DNA from: Flavobacteriaceae bacterium
GTDB taxonomy: Bacteria > Bacteroidota > Bacteroidia > Flavobacteriales > Weeksellaceae
Length of the DNA: 64,000 bases
Direction: 5' to 3'
NCBI GenBank assembly: GCA_031277475.1
Contig: JAITMJ010000067.1
Span: 2,107-66,106, forward strand
The notes beneath the pieces were generated by a model. The model was not told where the DNA came from. It ran no database searches and saw nothing but the letters and a program-made list of their open reading frames with translations. The position numbers were made by a program, and so were the translations under genes. This document shows, piece after piece, positions 54,425 to 64,000 of this stretch. Within the stretch, counting starts at the first letter, position 1, and the number at the start of each line of letters is the position of its first letter.

Positions 54425-56548
54425 ATGTATAAAAAATTCAAACTAAACCGATTGCTTTGGCTTTTGCCGCTCACAACACTTGTTTTTTGCTTTAATGCTC
54501 CAAAAAACGACGATGAAAAAATGCAAACCATAATGGTAAGCATAAAAAATACGCTCCAATATTTGCACTACAATCCAAAACCGATTAATGACGCGTATTC
54601 TCAAGAAGTTTACAAATATTATTTCGAATCCATAGACCCATCCAAAAGATTTTTTCTGAAATCGGACATGGATGAATTCAGCGCATATCAAACAAAATTA
54701 GACGATTTTTTTAATGAAGGCGATTTGACTTTCTTTAAACTGACCTCCGACAAACTTTACCAAAGGATCGATGAAATTGACAAAACCACTCAGGATATTT
54801 TTTCAAAACCGATTAATTTAGACGAAGACGATGAAATTATTTTGGAACCCAAATTGAAAAATTCTGCGGCAACGAAAGAAGAACAGCGCAACGAGTGGAA
54901 AAAATACATCAAATACAACATCCTGTTGGAAATAGAATCTCTGAACAACAGAGAAGAATCTCAAAAAAAGAAAAAAGATTCCATACAAAAATACAATTTG
55001 CAAGACACCATAAAATTAGAAATCCTGACGCCGGAACAAAAGATTGCCAAAGCCACAGACGAAGTGAAAGACCAGATTTCCAATATGTTCCGAAGATCCA
55101 AAAAAAGAAATAAAATGGATTGGTTCACGGTTTATATGAACGCCTACACCGAAGTTTTTGATCCGCACACCACTTATTTTTCTCCGAAAAACAAAGAAGA
55201 ATTTGATGTTCAGTTCTCCGGAAAAGTCATCGGAATCGGAGCGATTATTCAGGAAAAGAAAGGCTATCTGCATCTCGGTGAACTCACGATTGGCGCGCCC
55301 GCTTGGAAATCCAAACAATTGACGACCGGCGATAAAATCCTGAAAGTGAAATCCAAACCGAACGAAGATGCCGTGAATGTGGTAGGAATGCTTTCCGATG
55401 AAGCCGTTCGATTGATTCGCGGAGCAAAAGGCGTTCCCGTAACGCTCACCGTCCAAACCAAAGACGGAACCATAAAAGACGTAACGATGATTCGCGAAGA
55501 AGTGGCAATCGAAGATACTTTTGCCAGAAGCATCGTCATTGACGCGCCGAACGGAAAAAAATACGGATTCATCAATTTGCCGAGTTTTAATGCGGATTTC
55601 GACAATCGAAACGGTAGAAACGCTTCGGACGACGTGAAAAATGAAATCCTGAAACTGAAAAAACAAAACATCTCCGGAATTATTTTAGATTTAAGAAATA
55701 ACGGAGGCGGCTCATTGACAGAAGTCGGCGATATTATGGCGCTATTTATGGAAGCCGGAAGTTATGTTCAAGTGAAAAAGGGCGACGGAAGAATAGAAAT
55801 TTTAAAAAATAAAACTTCCGCCCCGATTTGGACAGGACCCCTCCTAATCATGCAAAACGAACTCTCGGCTTCGGCTTCGGAAATCCTCGCCGGAGCGATG
55901 GAAGATTACGGAAGAGCGGTTGTGGTCGGCTCGCCGCAATCTTTCGGAAAAGGAACCGTGCAAACTTTTGTGGATTTAAACCGATTTTTAAACACTTCGG
56001 ACGACTTCGGGCAGTTGAAACTTACCATTCAGAAATTTTACAGAATCACCGGAGAATCCAATCAGCAAAAAGGAATCATTTCCGATATTCAGATGAAAGA
56101 TTTTTACACTTATGCCGAAATCGGCGAGCGTTATGAAGATTATCCTTTGGCTTGGGACAAAATTTCACCGGCAGCATTTCAAAAATTGAACTATCATCTT
56201 GACCTCGAAACTTTGCGCCGAAACAGCGAAGCGAGAATTGCCGAAAACAAGTATTATAACATGCTTCAAGAGGCTTCCGAATGGAAAGAAAAATTAAACA
56301 AAGAAGAAAAAATCACGCTGAACCAAACCAAATTTTTTGAAATTATGAAAGAAAGAAAAGCGCAGATAGAAAAATTCAAAACATTGGACAAACAAAACAA
56401 CGGGCTGAAATTTGCGCTTCATCCGGACGAAATCCTGCGTGAAAAAACCGACGAAGCTTTTGCTAAAAAAACCGAAAACTGGATGAAAATTCTGCAAAAA
56501 GATTTTTATCTTCAAGAAAGCGTGAACATCATTTCTGAAATGAATTAG
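54425..56548 (+). CDS. carboxy-terminal processing (tail-specific) peptidase, family S41
   Basis: ATG at 54425 (MYKKFKLNRLLWLLPLTTLVFC, signal peptide), a PDZ region, and an S41 core with the nucleophile context NELSASASEILAGA. Confidence 0.9.
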   Translation: MYKKFKLNRLLWLLPLTTLVFCFNAPKNDDEKMQTIMVSIKNTLQYLHYNPKPINDAYSQEVYKYYFESIDPSKRFFLKSDMDEFSAYQTKLDDFFNEGDLTFFKLTSDKLYQRIDEIDKTTQDIFSKPINLDEDDEIILEPKLKNSAATKEEQRNEWKKYIKYNILLEIESLNNREESQKKKKDSIQKYNLQDTIKLEILTPEQKIAKATDEVKDQISNMFRRSKKRNKMDWFTVYMNAYTEVFDPHTTYFSPKNKEEFDVQFSGKVIGIGAIIQEKKGYLHLGELTIGAPAWKSKQLTTGDKILKVKSKPNEDAVNVVGMLSDEAVRLIRGAKGVPVTLTVQTKDGTIKDVTMIREEVAIEDTFARSIVIDAPNGKKYGFINLPSFNADFDNRNGRNASDDVKNEILKLKKQNISGIILDLRNNGGGSLTEVGDIMALFMEAGSYVQVKKGDGRIEILKNKTSAPIWTGPLLIMQNELSASASEILAGAMEDYGRAVVVGSPQSFGKGTVQTFVDLNRFLNTSDDFGQLKLTIQKFYRITGESNQQKGIISDIQMKDFYTYAEIGERYEDYPLAWDKISPAAFQKLNYHLDLETLRRNSEARIAENKYYNMLQEASEWKEKLNKEEKITLNQTKFFEIMKERKAQIEKFKTLDKQNNGLKFALHPDEILREKTDEAFAKKTENWMKILQKDFYLQESVNIISEMN

Positions 56549-56598
56549 ACGTGATATATGAGAAAGCGACATAAAAATGCCTATACATAATTTTTGCG

Positions 56599-56895
56599 TT
56601 CATTGTGTGTTACCTGTACTCATTGCCGGGCTAAACGCACTAAAATTTCAAATATTTTTAACAACTAAATTTAATAATTGCGAAAATATTTAAGTATAAT
56701 TTTAACTCAAAGAGTTTTTAATCCTGAATCAAGTTCCGGACTGAAAAATATTTTAAATGCAAAGGCGTTTTACTCAGCAACCGGAAAAACGTATTAAAAG
56801 AACGCGAGCCTTTGCTAAATAAAATGCCTTTGCGTTTTCAAAAAATCCGGATAAAAATAGAAATCTTTGCGTTAAAAAAAAGACGGCGGATTAAC
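56599..56895 (+). repeat. ~295-bp interspersed repeat, copy 2
   Basis: Collinear with 35185-35480 in the same orientation. It lies between the convergent S41 peptidase gene and rlmD. Confidence 0.85.
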
Positions 56896-56980
56896 CTTAT
56901 ATACTCATTTCATTAAAATTTCAGATTTGGAAAAGGAATCTCGTAACTCAAAACTCGAATCTGAATTCCGAATCCATCAT

Positions 56981-58387
56981 CTAAAACCTCTCTAAAACCG
57001 CAATATTTTCCACATGATGCGTTTGCGGAAACATATCTACCGGAAGAATTTTTACGAGTTTGTAATCATTTTTCAGCAATGCCAAATCCCGCGCTTGCGT
57101 TGCGGAATTGCAACTGACGTACACCATTTTTTTCGGCGAAAGTTTCAGGATTTGTTCCACCACTTTTGCGTGCATGCCGTCTCTCGGCGGATCGGTGATT
57201 AAAACGTCCGCCGGCGGATGATTTTGCAGAAATTCATCATTAAAAATAGTTTTCATATCTCCGCAAAAAAACGTGCAATTTGAAATTCCGTTCAGTTTTG
57301 CGTGTTCCGCAGCCGCATCTACGGATTCTTTAACGGATTCAATACCAATAACTTGCTTTGCTTTTTTCGCCAAAAATTGCGCGATGGTTCCCGTTCCGGA
57401 ATACAAATCGTAAACCGTTTCACCGCCTTTCAAATCTGCAAATTCCAGAGTTTTTCGATAAAGATTTAACGCTTGATGATAGTTGGTTTGAAAAAAAGAT
57501 TTCGCCCCGATTTTAAATTTCAAACCGTCCATTTCTTCTTCCAAAAATCCTTCGCCGAAATAATTTTGAATTTCCAAATCGTAAACAGAATCGTTTGATT
57601 TGGGATTAATGGCGTAAACCAAAGTTTTAATTTGCGAAAATTTTTTAATTAAATCGTCAAAAAGTTTTTCCCGATTTTCCTTTTCTTCTCTGAAAAATTG
57701 AAATAAAACCATCCATTCTCCTTTGGAATTTTGCCTCAACATCAGCGTTCGCAGAAATCCTTTTTGATTTTTGAGGTCAAAAAACTCTAATCCGTTTTCT
57801 TGTGCAAAATGTTTTACGGCAAGCCGAATATCGTTCGAGGGTTTTTCCTGAAGGAAACATTCTTTCAAATCCAAAACTTTGCTCCACATTCCGGGAATAT
57901 GAAAACCCAAAGCGTTCCTGTGTTCGATGTTTTCCGAAGAATTTATCTCGTCTGCCGTCAGCCATCGGGAATCTGAAAAAGAAAATTCCATTTTGTTGCG
58001 GTAAAAATATTCGTTTTCGGAACCCAAAATCGGGAGCGTTTCAAAATTTTCTATTCCGCCGATTCTTTTGATGTTGTTTAAAACTTCGTTTTGTTTAAAT
58101 TTCAACTGTTTTTCGTAACTCAAATTTTGCCATTTGCAACCGCCGCAAACTCCGAAATGAATGCACTTTGGCTCCACTCGAAAAGGCGATTTTTCCATAA
58201 TTTCCAAAACTTCTGCTTCGTAATATTTGGATTTGGATTTTTTCACGCGAACATTTGCCAAATCTCCCGGAACCGCTCCCGAAACCAAAACCGTTTTTCC
58301 ATCTTCCGCTTTTCCCACAGCCACGCCTTTTGCACCCGCAGAAACGAGTTTTATGTTTTCAAGAATGATGTTTTTCTTCTTTTTCAT
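56981..58387 (-). CDS. rlmD: 23S rRNA (uracil-C5)-methyltransferase RlmD/RumA family
   Basis: 468 aa with a TRAM domain, the Fe-S Cys cluster CIHFGVCGGCKWQ, a SAM-binding fold (DLYSGTGT) and the catalytic Cys context YVSCNSAT. Confidence 0.9.
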   Translation of the reverse strand: MKKKKNIILENIKLVSAGAKGVAVGKAEDGKTVLVSGAVPGDLANVRVKKSKSKYYEAEVLEIMEKSPFRVEPKCIHFGVCGGCKWQNLSYEKQLKFKQNEVLNNIKRIGGIENFETLPILGSENEYFYRNKMEFSFSDSRWLTADEINSSENIEHRNALGFHIPGMWSKVLDLKECFLQEKPSNDIRLAVKHFAQENGLEFFDLKNQKGFLRTLMLRQNSKGEWMVLFQFFREEKENREKLFDDLIKKFSQIKTLVYAINPKSNDSVYDLEIQNYFGEGFLEEEMDGLKFKIGAKSFFQTNYHQALNLYRKTLEFADLKGGETVYDLYSGTGTIAQFLAKKAKQVIGIESVKESVDAAAEHAKLNGISNCTFFCGDMKTIFNDEFLQNHPPADVLITDPPRDGMHAKVVEQILKLSPKKMVYVSCNSATQARDLALLKNDYKLVKILPVDMFPQTHHVENIAVLERF

Positions 58388-58495
58388 TCGGCAAAAATAC
58401 GATGTTCAGTTGTTAATTTAAATGTTGAAATATGAAAAAAAACTAATTTTGCTTGTTTATTTTGAGAATCTTATAACCCGAAACCAACATCAATT

Positions 58496-59314
58496 ATGAA
58501 TCATTCCATAAACTGCAACGGAAAACTCGTGGATTTGTCAGTTCCGAAAATTATGGGAATTTTGAACATCACGCCGGATTCTTTTTCGGACGGCGGAAAA
58601 TTCATCTGTGAAAAAAACGCTTTGATTCAGGCTGAAAAAATGATTTCCGAAGGTGCGGATTTTGTGGATATCGGCGCACAATCTACCAGACCAAACGCCA
58701 AAAAAATTTCCGCAAAAGATGAAATAAAACGAATCGGAACCTTGATTTTTAATTTAAAAAAAGAATTTCCGGAAACCTTGATTTCTTTGGACACGTTTTA
58801 TTCCGAAGTCGTGAAATTCGGATCTGATGAAGGCATTGATTTGGTGAACGACATTTCCGGTGGACAATACGATTCCGAAATGTTCAAAACCGTAGCCGAA
58901 AAAAAACTTCCGTATATTTTGATGCACACAAATTTGCATTACGAAACGATGCACGAATTAGAAATTAGCGAAGACATTATCATTTTTTTAAATAAATATT
59001 TCTCGGAAAAAACCTTGGAATTAAGACGTTTTGGTGTGAAAGACATCATTCTCGATCCGGGTTTTGGTTTCGGAAAAACTTTGGAACAACAACATCAAAT
59101 TATTGACGAATTTCAATATATCGGATTTCAAAAATTTTCTTTGTTAGCAGGTATTTCCAGAAAATCTTTTATTTATAAAACGCTCGGAAAAACACCTTTG
59201 GAAATCAACGAAGAAACTCAAAAACTCCACCGAAAACTTTTACAAAAAGGTGCGAAAATTTTGCGTGTTCACGATGTTGCGGAAACGGTTTCAATTTGGA
59301 AATCAATTAATTAA
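58496..59314 (+). CDS. folP: dihydropteroate synthase
   Basis: 272 aa with GILNITPDSFSDGG, VDIGAQSTRP and GISRKSF. Confidence 0.95.
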   Translation: MNHSINCNGKLVDLSVPKIMGILNITPDSFSDGGKFICEKNALIQAEKMISEGADFVDIGAQSTRPNAKKISAKDEIKRIGTLIFNLKKEFPETLISLDTFYSEVVKFGSDEGIDLVNDISGGQYDSEMFKTVAEKKLPYILMHTNLHYETMHELEISEDIIIFLNKYFSEKTLELRRFGVKDIILDPGFGFGKTLEQQHQIIDEFQYIGFQKFSLLAGISRKSFIYKTLGKTPLEINEETQKLHRKLLQKGAKILRVHDVAETVSIWKSIN

Positions 59315-59525
59315 AAGAATGTTTTTTTAATTGAGAAAATTGAAAAGATAGTCAACGGTGAAGATTCTCAAAATTAAAAATATCTTCTACCGCAAAATTG
59401 CATTAGCCGATTGAATCTGCGAAATAAGACAGTTAAAAAATAATTCTTTCATCTTATCATAATTTTTTTAAATTTGGCGTTATTAAAATATCCTTTTGAC
59501 TATTGAAAAAATAAAATATAAACCA

Positions 59526-59996
59526 ATGAAAAAATTTTTGTATATCTCAATATTTGCGGTAATCCTTGTAATGATGGGGTTTTCGGTTGGGGATTTTTAT
59601 TCCTCTATGACGAAAGCGGAATACGTGGAAGGCAGCAAAACGCTGAAATTTTCTTCTAAACTGAACACGAATCATATTTCGGAGGCATTAAAAATAGAAT
59701 CTTCAAAGGCTGAGTTTGAGGCTGAAGTAAAGAAATATGTCGGCAATAATTTTGAAGTGAGCGTGAACGGTTCTGCGAAAACACTGACTCTCACGGGAAG
59801 TCAAGTGAACGGCGAATCGGTTTGGGTTTATTTTGAAACCGGCGGTGTTTCGGAAATTAAAACTTTAAAAATTAAGAATACCATTTTGCTAAACATTTTT
59901 CCCAAGCAAATCAACATCGTGAACATCACTTACAAAGGCAGCCAAAAAACGATGAATTTCCAGAGAGGAAAAGAAACAAACGAAGTCGATTTTTAG
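59526..59996 (+). CDS. hypothetical secreted/membrane-anchored protein (DUF6702-like)
   Basis: ATG at 59526 (MKKFLYISIFAVILVMMGF), followed by SMTKAEYVEGSKTLKFSSKL, which resembles the small conserved Bacteroidota family. Confidence 0.55.
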   Translation: MKKFLYISIFAVILVMMGFSVGDFYSSMTKAEYVEGSKTLKFSSKLNTNHISEALKIESSKAEFEAEVKKYVGNNFEVSVNGSAKTLTLTGSQVNGESVWVYFETGGVSEIKTLKIKNTILLNIFPKQINIVNITYKGSQKTMNFQRGKETNEVDF

Positions 59997-60088
59997 AATG
60001 ATTATTTAAAGATTGATACTCGAAATCCAAATCTCAAATCTCGAAATTCAAACCTTGAATTTTGAACCTTAAACTTTTAAACTTGATT

Positions 60089-61630
60089 ATGTCAAAAATA
60101 CTTTGGATAGACGATGAAGTAGATTTGCTGAAACCGCACATCGTTTTTCTCGAAAATAAAGGTTACAGCATCACACCCGTGAACAACGTGAATGAAGCGT
60201 TGGAAATCATCGACAACGAAAATTTTCAACTCGTTTTGTTGGATGAAAATATGCCCGGAATTTCAGGATTGGAAGCCATTCCGCTGCTGAAAAACAAAGA
60301 TGCCGCAATGAAAATCGTGATGGTAACCAAAAGCGAAGAAGAAAGTTTGATGGAACAAGCCATCGGCTCGCAAATTTCGGATTATATTCTGAAACCCGTG
60401 AATCCGAATCAGGTTTTGCTCTCGCTGAAGAAAAATTTGCAGGAAGAAAACCTCGTCGAACAAAAAACCATTCAGCAATATCAGCAGGAATTTCGGAACC
60501 TTTCGATGGAACTTTCCTACTTGCGAACCTACCAAGATTGGGCGGAATACTACAAGAAAATTCTGAATTGGGAAATCAAATTCGATAAGGTTTTTGATAA
60601 TGATTTTGCCGATTTGCTTCAATCTCAAAAAGAAGAAGCGAACATTCAGTTTGCGAAATTCATCGAAAAAAACTACGAAAAATGGCTCTCCGGAAACGAT
60701 AAACCGATGATGAGCCATACGCTTTTCAAAGAAAAAGTGAAACCCGAAATCGAGAAAGAAAAAGTATTGTTGTTGATGATTGACAATCTCCGGTTTGACC
60801 AATGGAAAGTCGTAGAGCCGTTGTTTACAAGGTTTTACAACAAAGTTTCCGAAGATTATTATTACAGCATTTTGCCCACCGCCACGCAATACGCCAGAAA
60901 TTCCTTTTTCGCCGGATTGTTGCCTTCCGAAATTGAAAAACGTTTTCCCGAAATGTGGTTTAATGATAATGAAGAAGGCAATAAAAACGAATATGAACGC
61001 CGGTTTTTGGAAGACCAAATGCAGAGATTGGGGCTCGCCGCGAAATCCGTAAAATACCTGAAAGTGCTGAACGCCGATTTTGAACGCAAAATTTTTGAGG
61101 ATTTTAATCAGTACAAACACTTTGATTTACTGACGATTGTGTATAATTTTATCGACATTCTTTCGCACGCCAAAACCGATAATCACATCATTGACCAATT
61201 GATTCGAGACGATAAAACTTTTCGCTCATTGACTTTGAATTGGTTTGAAAATTCATCTTTAATGAAAATCATAAAAGCGGCTGCGGAAAACGGTTTTAAA
61301 CTCATCATCACTACCGATCACGGAACGATTTATGTGAAAAAACCGAGCCAAGTTTTGGGCGATCGGGAAACCTCGACCAACATTCGCTACAAAACCGGAA
61401 AAAGCCTAACCTACGATGAAAAGGAAGTTTGGGCGATTACGCAACCGGAAAAATTTTTCCTGCCGAAAGGAAACCTGAGTTCCAAATATATTTTCGCAAA
61501 AAATAATACATTTTTGGTTTATCCGAGAAACTATAACCATTTTGTAAATTATTTTAAAGACACCTATCAACACGGCGGAATTTCGCTGGAAGAGTGCATC
61601 ATTCCGATTTGCGTTTTGGAACCGAAATGA
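60089..61630 (+). CDS. porX: PorX-type response regulator (CheY-like receiver + PglZ/alkaline-phosphatase-like domain), type IX secretion regulator family
   Basis: ATG at 60089 (MSKILWIDDEVDLL). The receiver Asp lies in LVLLDENMPG, and the C-terminal PglZ-type domain has LLMIDNLRFDQW and ITTDHG. Confidence 0.85.
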   Translation: MSKILWIDDEVDLLKPHIVFLENKGYSITPVNNVNEALEIIDNENFQLVLLDENMPGISGLEAIPLLKNKDAAMKIVMVTKSEEESLMEQAIGSQISDYILKPVNPNQVLLSLKKNLQEENLVEQKTIQQYQQEFRNLSMELSYLRTYQDWAEYYKKILNWEIKFDKVFDNDFADLLQSQKEEANIQFAKFIEKNYEKWLSGNDKPMMSHTLFKEKVKPEIEKEKVLLLMIDNLRFDQWKVVEPLFTRFYNKVSEDYYYSILPTATQYARNSFFAGLLPSEIEKRFPEMWFNDNEEGNKNEYERRFLEDQMQRLGLAAKSVKYLKVLNADFERKIFEDFNQYKHFDLLTIVYNFIDILSHAKTDNHIIDQLIRDDKTFRSLTLNWFENSSLMKIIKAAAENGFKLIITTDHGTIYVKKPSQVLGDRETSTNIRYKTGKSLTYDEKEVWAITQPEKFFLPKGNLSSKYIFAKNNTFLVYPRNYNHFVNYFKDTYQHGGISLEECIIPICVLEPK

Positions 61631-61722
61631 TGATAATTTGAAAATGAGGTAATTTGATAATTTGGTAATGAGATAATCTTTAAATCCTTAGGAATATGAA
61701 ATATATAAACTATAGCAGTTTC

Positions 61723-61804
61723 TTTTACCACAAGGGGCACAAAGATTTTCACAAAGCACACAATTTGTGTCCCTTGTGAGTCCTTTGTGAACTTTGTGGT
61801 AAAA
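61723..61804. repeat. 82-bp imperfect long hairpin built from CACAA(A/G)G words
   Basis: TTTTACCACAAGGGGCACAAAGATTTTCACAAAGCACACAA / TTGTGTCCCTTGTGAGTCCTTTGTGAACTTTGTGGTAAAA. The outer 11 bp and several inner blocks pair. It lies between porX and xth. Confidence 0.65.
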
Positions 61805-61865
61805 ATACCGTTATAGGTTAAAAATTTTCCATTCCTTAAATGCTTAAATATTTCAATCTTTTTAC

Positions 61866-62633
61866 ATGAACCCGATAAAAATTATTTCTTTCAACGTAAA
61901 CGGCATTCGTGCAGCGATTTCTAAAAATCTTTCGGAATGGATAAAATCCGCCAATCCCGATGTGGTTTGTTTTCAGGAATTAAAAGCCAATTCCGAACAA
62001 TTCGATTCTAAAATTTTTCAAGATTTAGGCTACGAATGTTTTTGGTTTCCCGCACAGAAAAAAGGATACAGCGGTGTCGGCATTATTTCCAAAACGGTTC
62101 CGAAAAATATAACTTTCGGTTGTGGCATCGAAAAATACGACAGCGAAGGCAGAATTTTGCGCCTCGATTTTGAGGATTTTTCCGTGATGTCCGTCTATGT
62201 TCCCAGCGCGAGCAATATCGAAAGATTGGATTTTAAACTCGAATTTTGCGATTATTTTTTAGATTACATCAAAACTTTACAAACCGAAATTCCCAATCTT
62301 GTGATTTGCGGCGATTTCAATATTTGCCACGAAGCGATTGATATTCACGACCCCGTTCGTCTGAAAAATGTTTCCGGATTTTTGCCGATTGAACGCGAAT
62401 GGATGACGAATTTTATAAATAATTGCGAACTGACCGATACTTTTCGCTATTTTAACAATGAGCCGAATCAATACACTTGGTGGAGTTATCGGCAAAATGC
62501 GAGGGCAAAAAATTTGGGCTGGCGATTGGATTATCATTTCGTAACCAAAACTTTGGAAAACCGATTGAAAAGATCCGTAATCCTAAACGAAGTTTATATG
62601 TCCGACCATTGTCCGGTTTTGCTGGAATTTTGA
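61866..62633 (+). CDS. xth: exodeoxyribonuclease III
   Basis: 255 aa with SFNVNGIRA, CFQELK and a C-terminal SDHCPV. Confidence 0.95.
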   Translation: MNPIKIISFNVNGIRAAISKNLSEWIKSANPDVVCFQELKANSEQFDSKIFQDLGYECFWFPAQKKGYSGVGIISKTVPKNITFGCGIEKYDSEGRILRLDFEDFSVMSVYVPSASNIERLDFKLEFCDYFLDYIKTLQTEIPNLVICGDFNICHEAIDIHDPVRLKNVSGFLPIEREWMTNFINNCELTDTFRYFNNEPNQYTWWSYRQNARAKNLGWRLDYHFVTKTLENRLKRSVILNEVYMSDHCPVLLEF

Positions 62634-62768
62634 ATGGTTTGTAAAATGTATTAATGACGATTTAAAGATTGAAAAATTTAAGCATTTAAAAATTGAACCT
62701 CACAACTTGTGACATTGTCAGGCTGAGCGAAGTCGAAGCCTCGCATCTCGTAACTCGAACCATAATTT

Positions 62769-64000
62769 CTACAACACAACTCCGTACAAATCAAACTCTT
62801 CCGCAGAAATTATTTTCACATTCGCAAATTCTCCGATTGAAATATAGGTGTTTTCCGCAGAAACCAAAACCGTGTTATCGACATCGGGAGAATCAAATTC
62901 GGTTCTGCCGACGAAATAATTTCCTTCTTTTCGGTCAAAAATACACCTGAAAATTTTCCCGATTTTTTCCTGATTTTTCTCCCACGAAATCTGCGCCTGA
63001 ATTTCCATAATTTCCGAAACCCGCCTTTCTTTCACACTTTGAGTAACATCGTCTTTTAAATCGTAAGCCGAAGTATTTTCTTCGTGAGAATACGCAAAAC
63101 AGCCCAATCTGTCGAACTTTTGTTCTTTAATCCAATCTTTTAATTCTAAAAATTTTTCTTCCGTTTCGCCCGGGTAGCCCACAATCAAAGTCGTTCTAAT
63201 CGCCACATTCGGAATTTTTTCACGGAATTTATCGAGCAAAGCATTGGTTTTTTCGCGGTTGGTTCCGCGTTTCATAGATTTCAAAATCTCGGAATTGATG
63301 TGCTGCAACGGAATGTCAATATAATTGCAGATTTTCGGTTCTGTGCGAATGGTGTCCAAAACGTCTTCCGGAAAACCGCTCGGAAATGCGTAGTGCAAAC
63401 GAATCCATTCTATTCCATCTACTTTTGTTAAGGCTTTCAGCAAATCTCCCAATGCGCGTCTTTTGTAAATATCCAATCCGTAATACGTCAAATCTTGAGC
63501 GATTAAAATCAATTCTTTGGTTCCTTTTTTTGCTAATTTTTGAGTTTCCAAAACCAAATTTTCTATCGGCACGGAAATGTGTTTTCCGCGCATCAGCGGA
63601 ATCGCACAAAACGAACACGGGCGGTCGCAGCCTTCGGAAATTTTTAAATAAGCGTAATGTTTTGGCGTAGTTGTCAGGCGTTCGCCGATTAATTCGTGTT
63701 TGTAATCCGCACCGAGATGTTTTAGCAAAATCGGCAAATCCCGCGTCCCGAAATATTGATCAACATCGGGAATTTCTTTCATCAAATCCGGTTTGTATCT
63801 TTCGGAAAGACAGCCGGTTACAAAAACTTTTTCCACTTCGCCTCTTTTTTTTGCTTCCACAAAATCCAGAATCGTGTTGATGGATTCTTCCTTCGCATTT
63901 TCAATAAATCCGCAAGTATTAATGACTACAATATCGCCGCGTTCTTCGTGAACCACGCGTTTTCCGCTCGCTTCCAATTGCCCCATCAAAACTTCGGAAT
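62769..64000 (-). CDS. rimO: ribosomal protein S12 methylthiotransferase RimO (N-terminus beyond the right edge)
   Basis: Radical-SAM motif CDRPCSFCAIP, an MTTase N-domain (VVINTCGFI) and a C-terminal TRAM. The frame stays open to the window edge. Confidence 0.93.
   Translation of the reverse strand, partial: SEVLMGQLEASGKRVVHEERGDIVVINTCGFIENAKEESINTILDFVEAKKRGEVEKVFVTGCLSERYKPDLMKEIPDVDQYFGTRDLPILLKHLGADYKHELIGERLTTTPKHYAYLKISEGCDRPCSFCAIPLMRGKHISVPIENLVLETQKLAKKGTKELILIAQDLTYYGLDIYKRRALGDLLKALTKVDGIEWIRLHYAFPSGFPEDVLDTIRTEPKICNYIDIPLQHINSEILKSMKRGTNREKTNALLDKFREKIPNVAIRTTLIVGYPGETEEKFLELKDWIKEQKFDRLGCFAYSHEENTSAYDLKDDVTQSVKERRVSEIMEIQAQISWEKNQEKIGKIFRCIFDRKEGNYFVGRTEFDSPDVDNTVLVSAENTYISIGEFANVKIISAEEFDLYGVVL

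Overview
64-kb chromosomal window from a low-GC Bacteroidota genome. Gene content points to Flavobacteriia of the Weeksellaceae/Chryseobacterium type: gldC, porX, a fused murF-alr, and TAnnTTTG-type promoter boxes. About 45 protein genes are present, mostly housekeeping: lon, mnmG, ybeY, uvrC, ugd, rpoB, gcvP, lpxB, norCB, folP, rlmD, xth, rimO, mlaE and others. I saw no rRNA, tRNA or CRISPR array. Two perfect ParB-binding parS sites bracket mnmG, so the region is probably origin-proximal. The main finding is a small accessory island at about 16.1-20.8 kb, between a patatin-like lipase gene and murF-alr. It holds a 1241-aa MmeI-like Type IIG restriction-modification gene whose methyltransferase core carries a complete HUH/Y1 (RAYT / IS200-like) transposase domain fused in-frame. 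The same ORF also carries eight copies of a 20-24-bp REP-like perfect palindrome (CAAGGGG[A/T]TT[A/T]A[A/T]CCCCTTG), all read in stop-free phases. I spotted no copy of that palindrome elsewhere in the window. The island also contains a Cys/His-rich 91-aa gene and a gene remnant framed by perfect 32-bp direct repeats. Other notable points: (1) both DUF4143 AAA ATPase genes are preceded by 32-33-bp direct-repeat arrays at their promoters; (2) a triplicated promoter/5-prime segment of the M42 peptidase gene delimits two single-gene cassettes; (3) a ~295-bp interspersed repeat occurs in two copies; (4) rpoB is monocistronic, detached from rplL and rpoC, and has a Lys-rich tandem-repeat N-terminal extension; (5) several families of intergenic low-complexity and hairpin repeats are present. 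All functional calls rest on my reading of the translations and motif knowledge; no database search was run.
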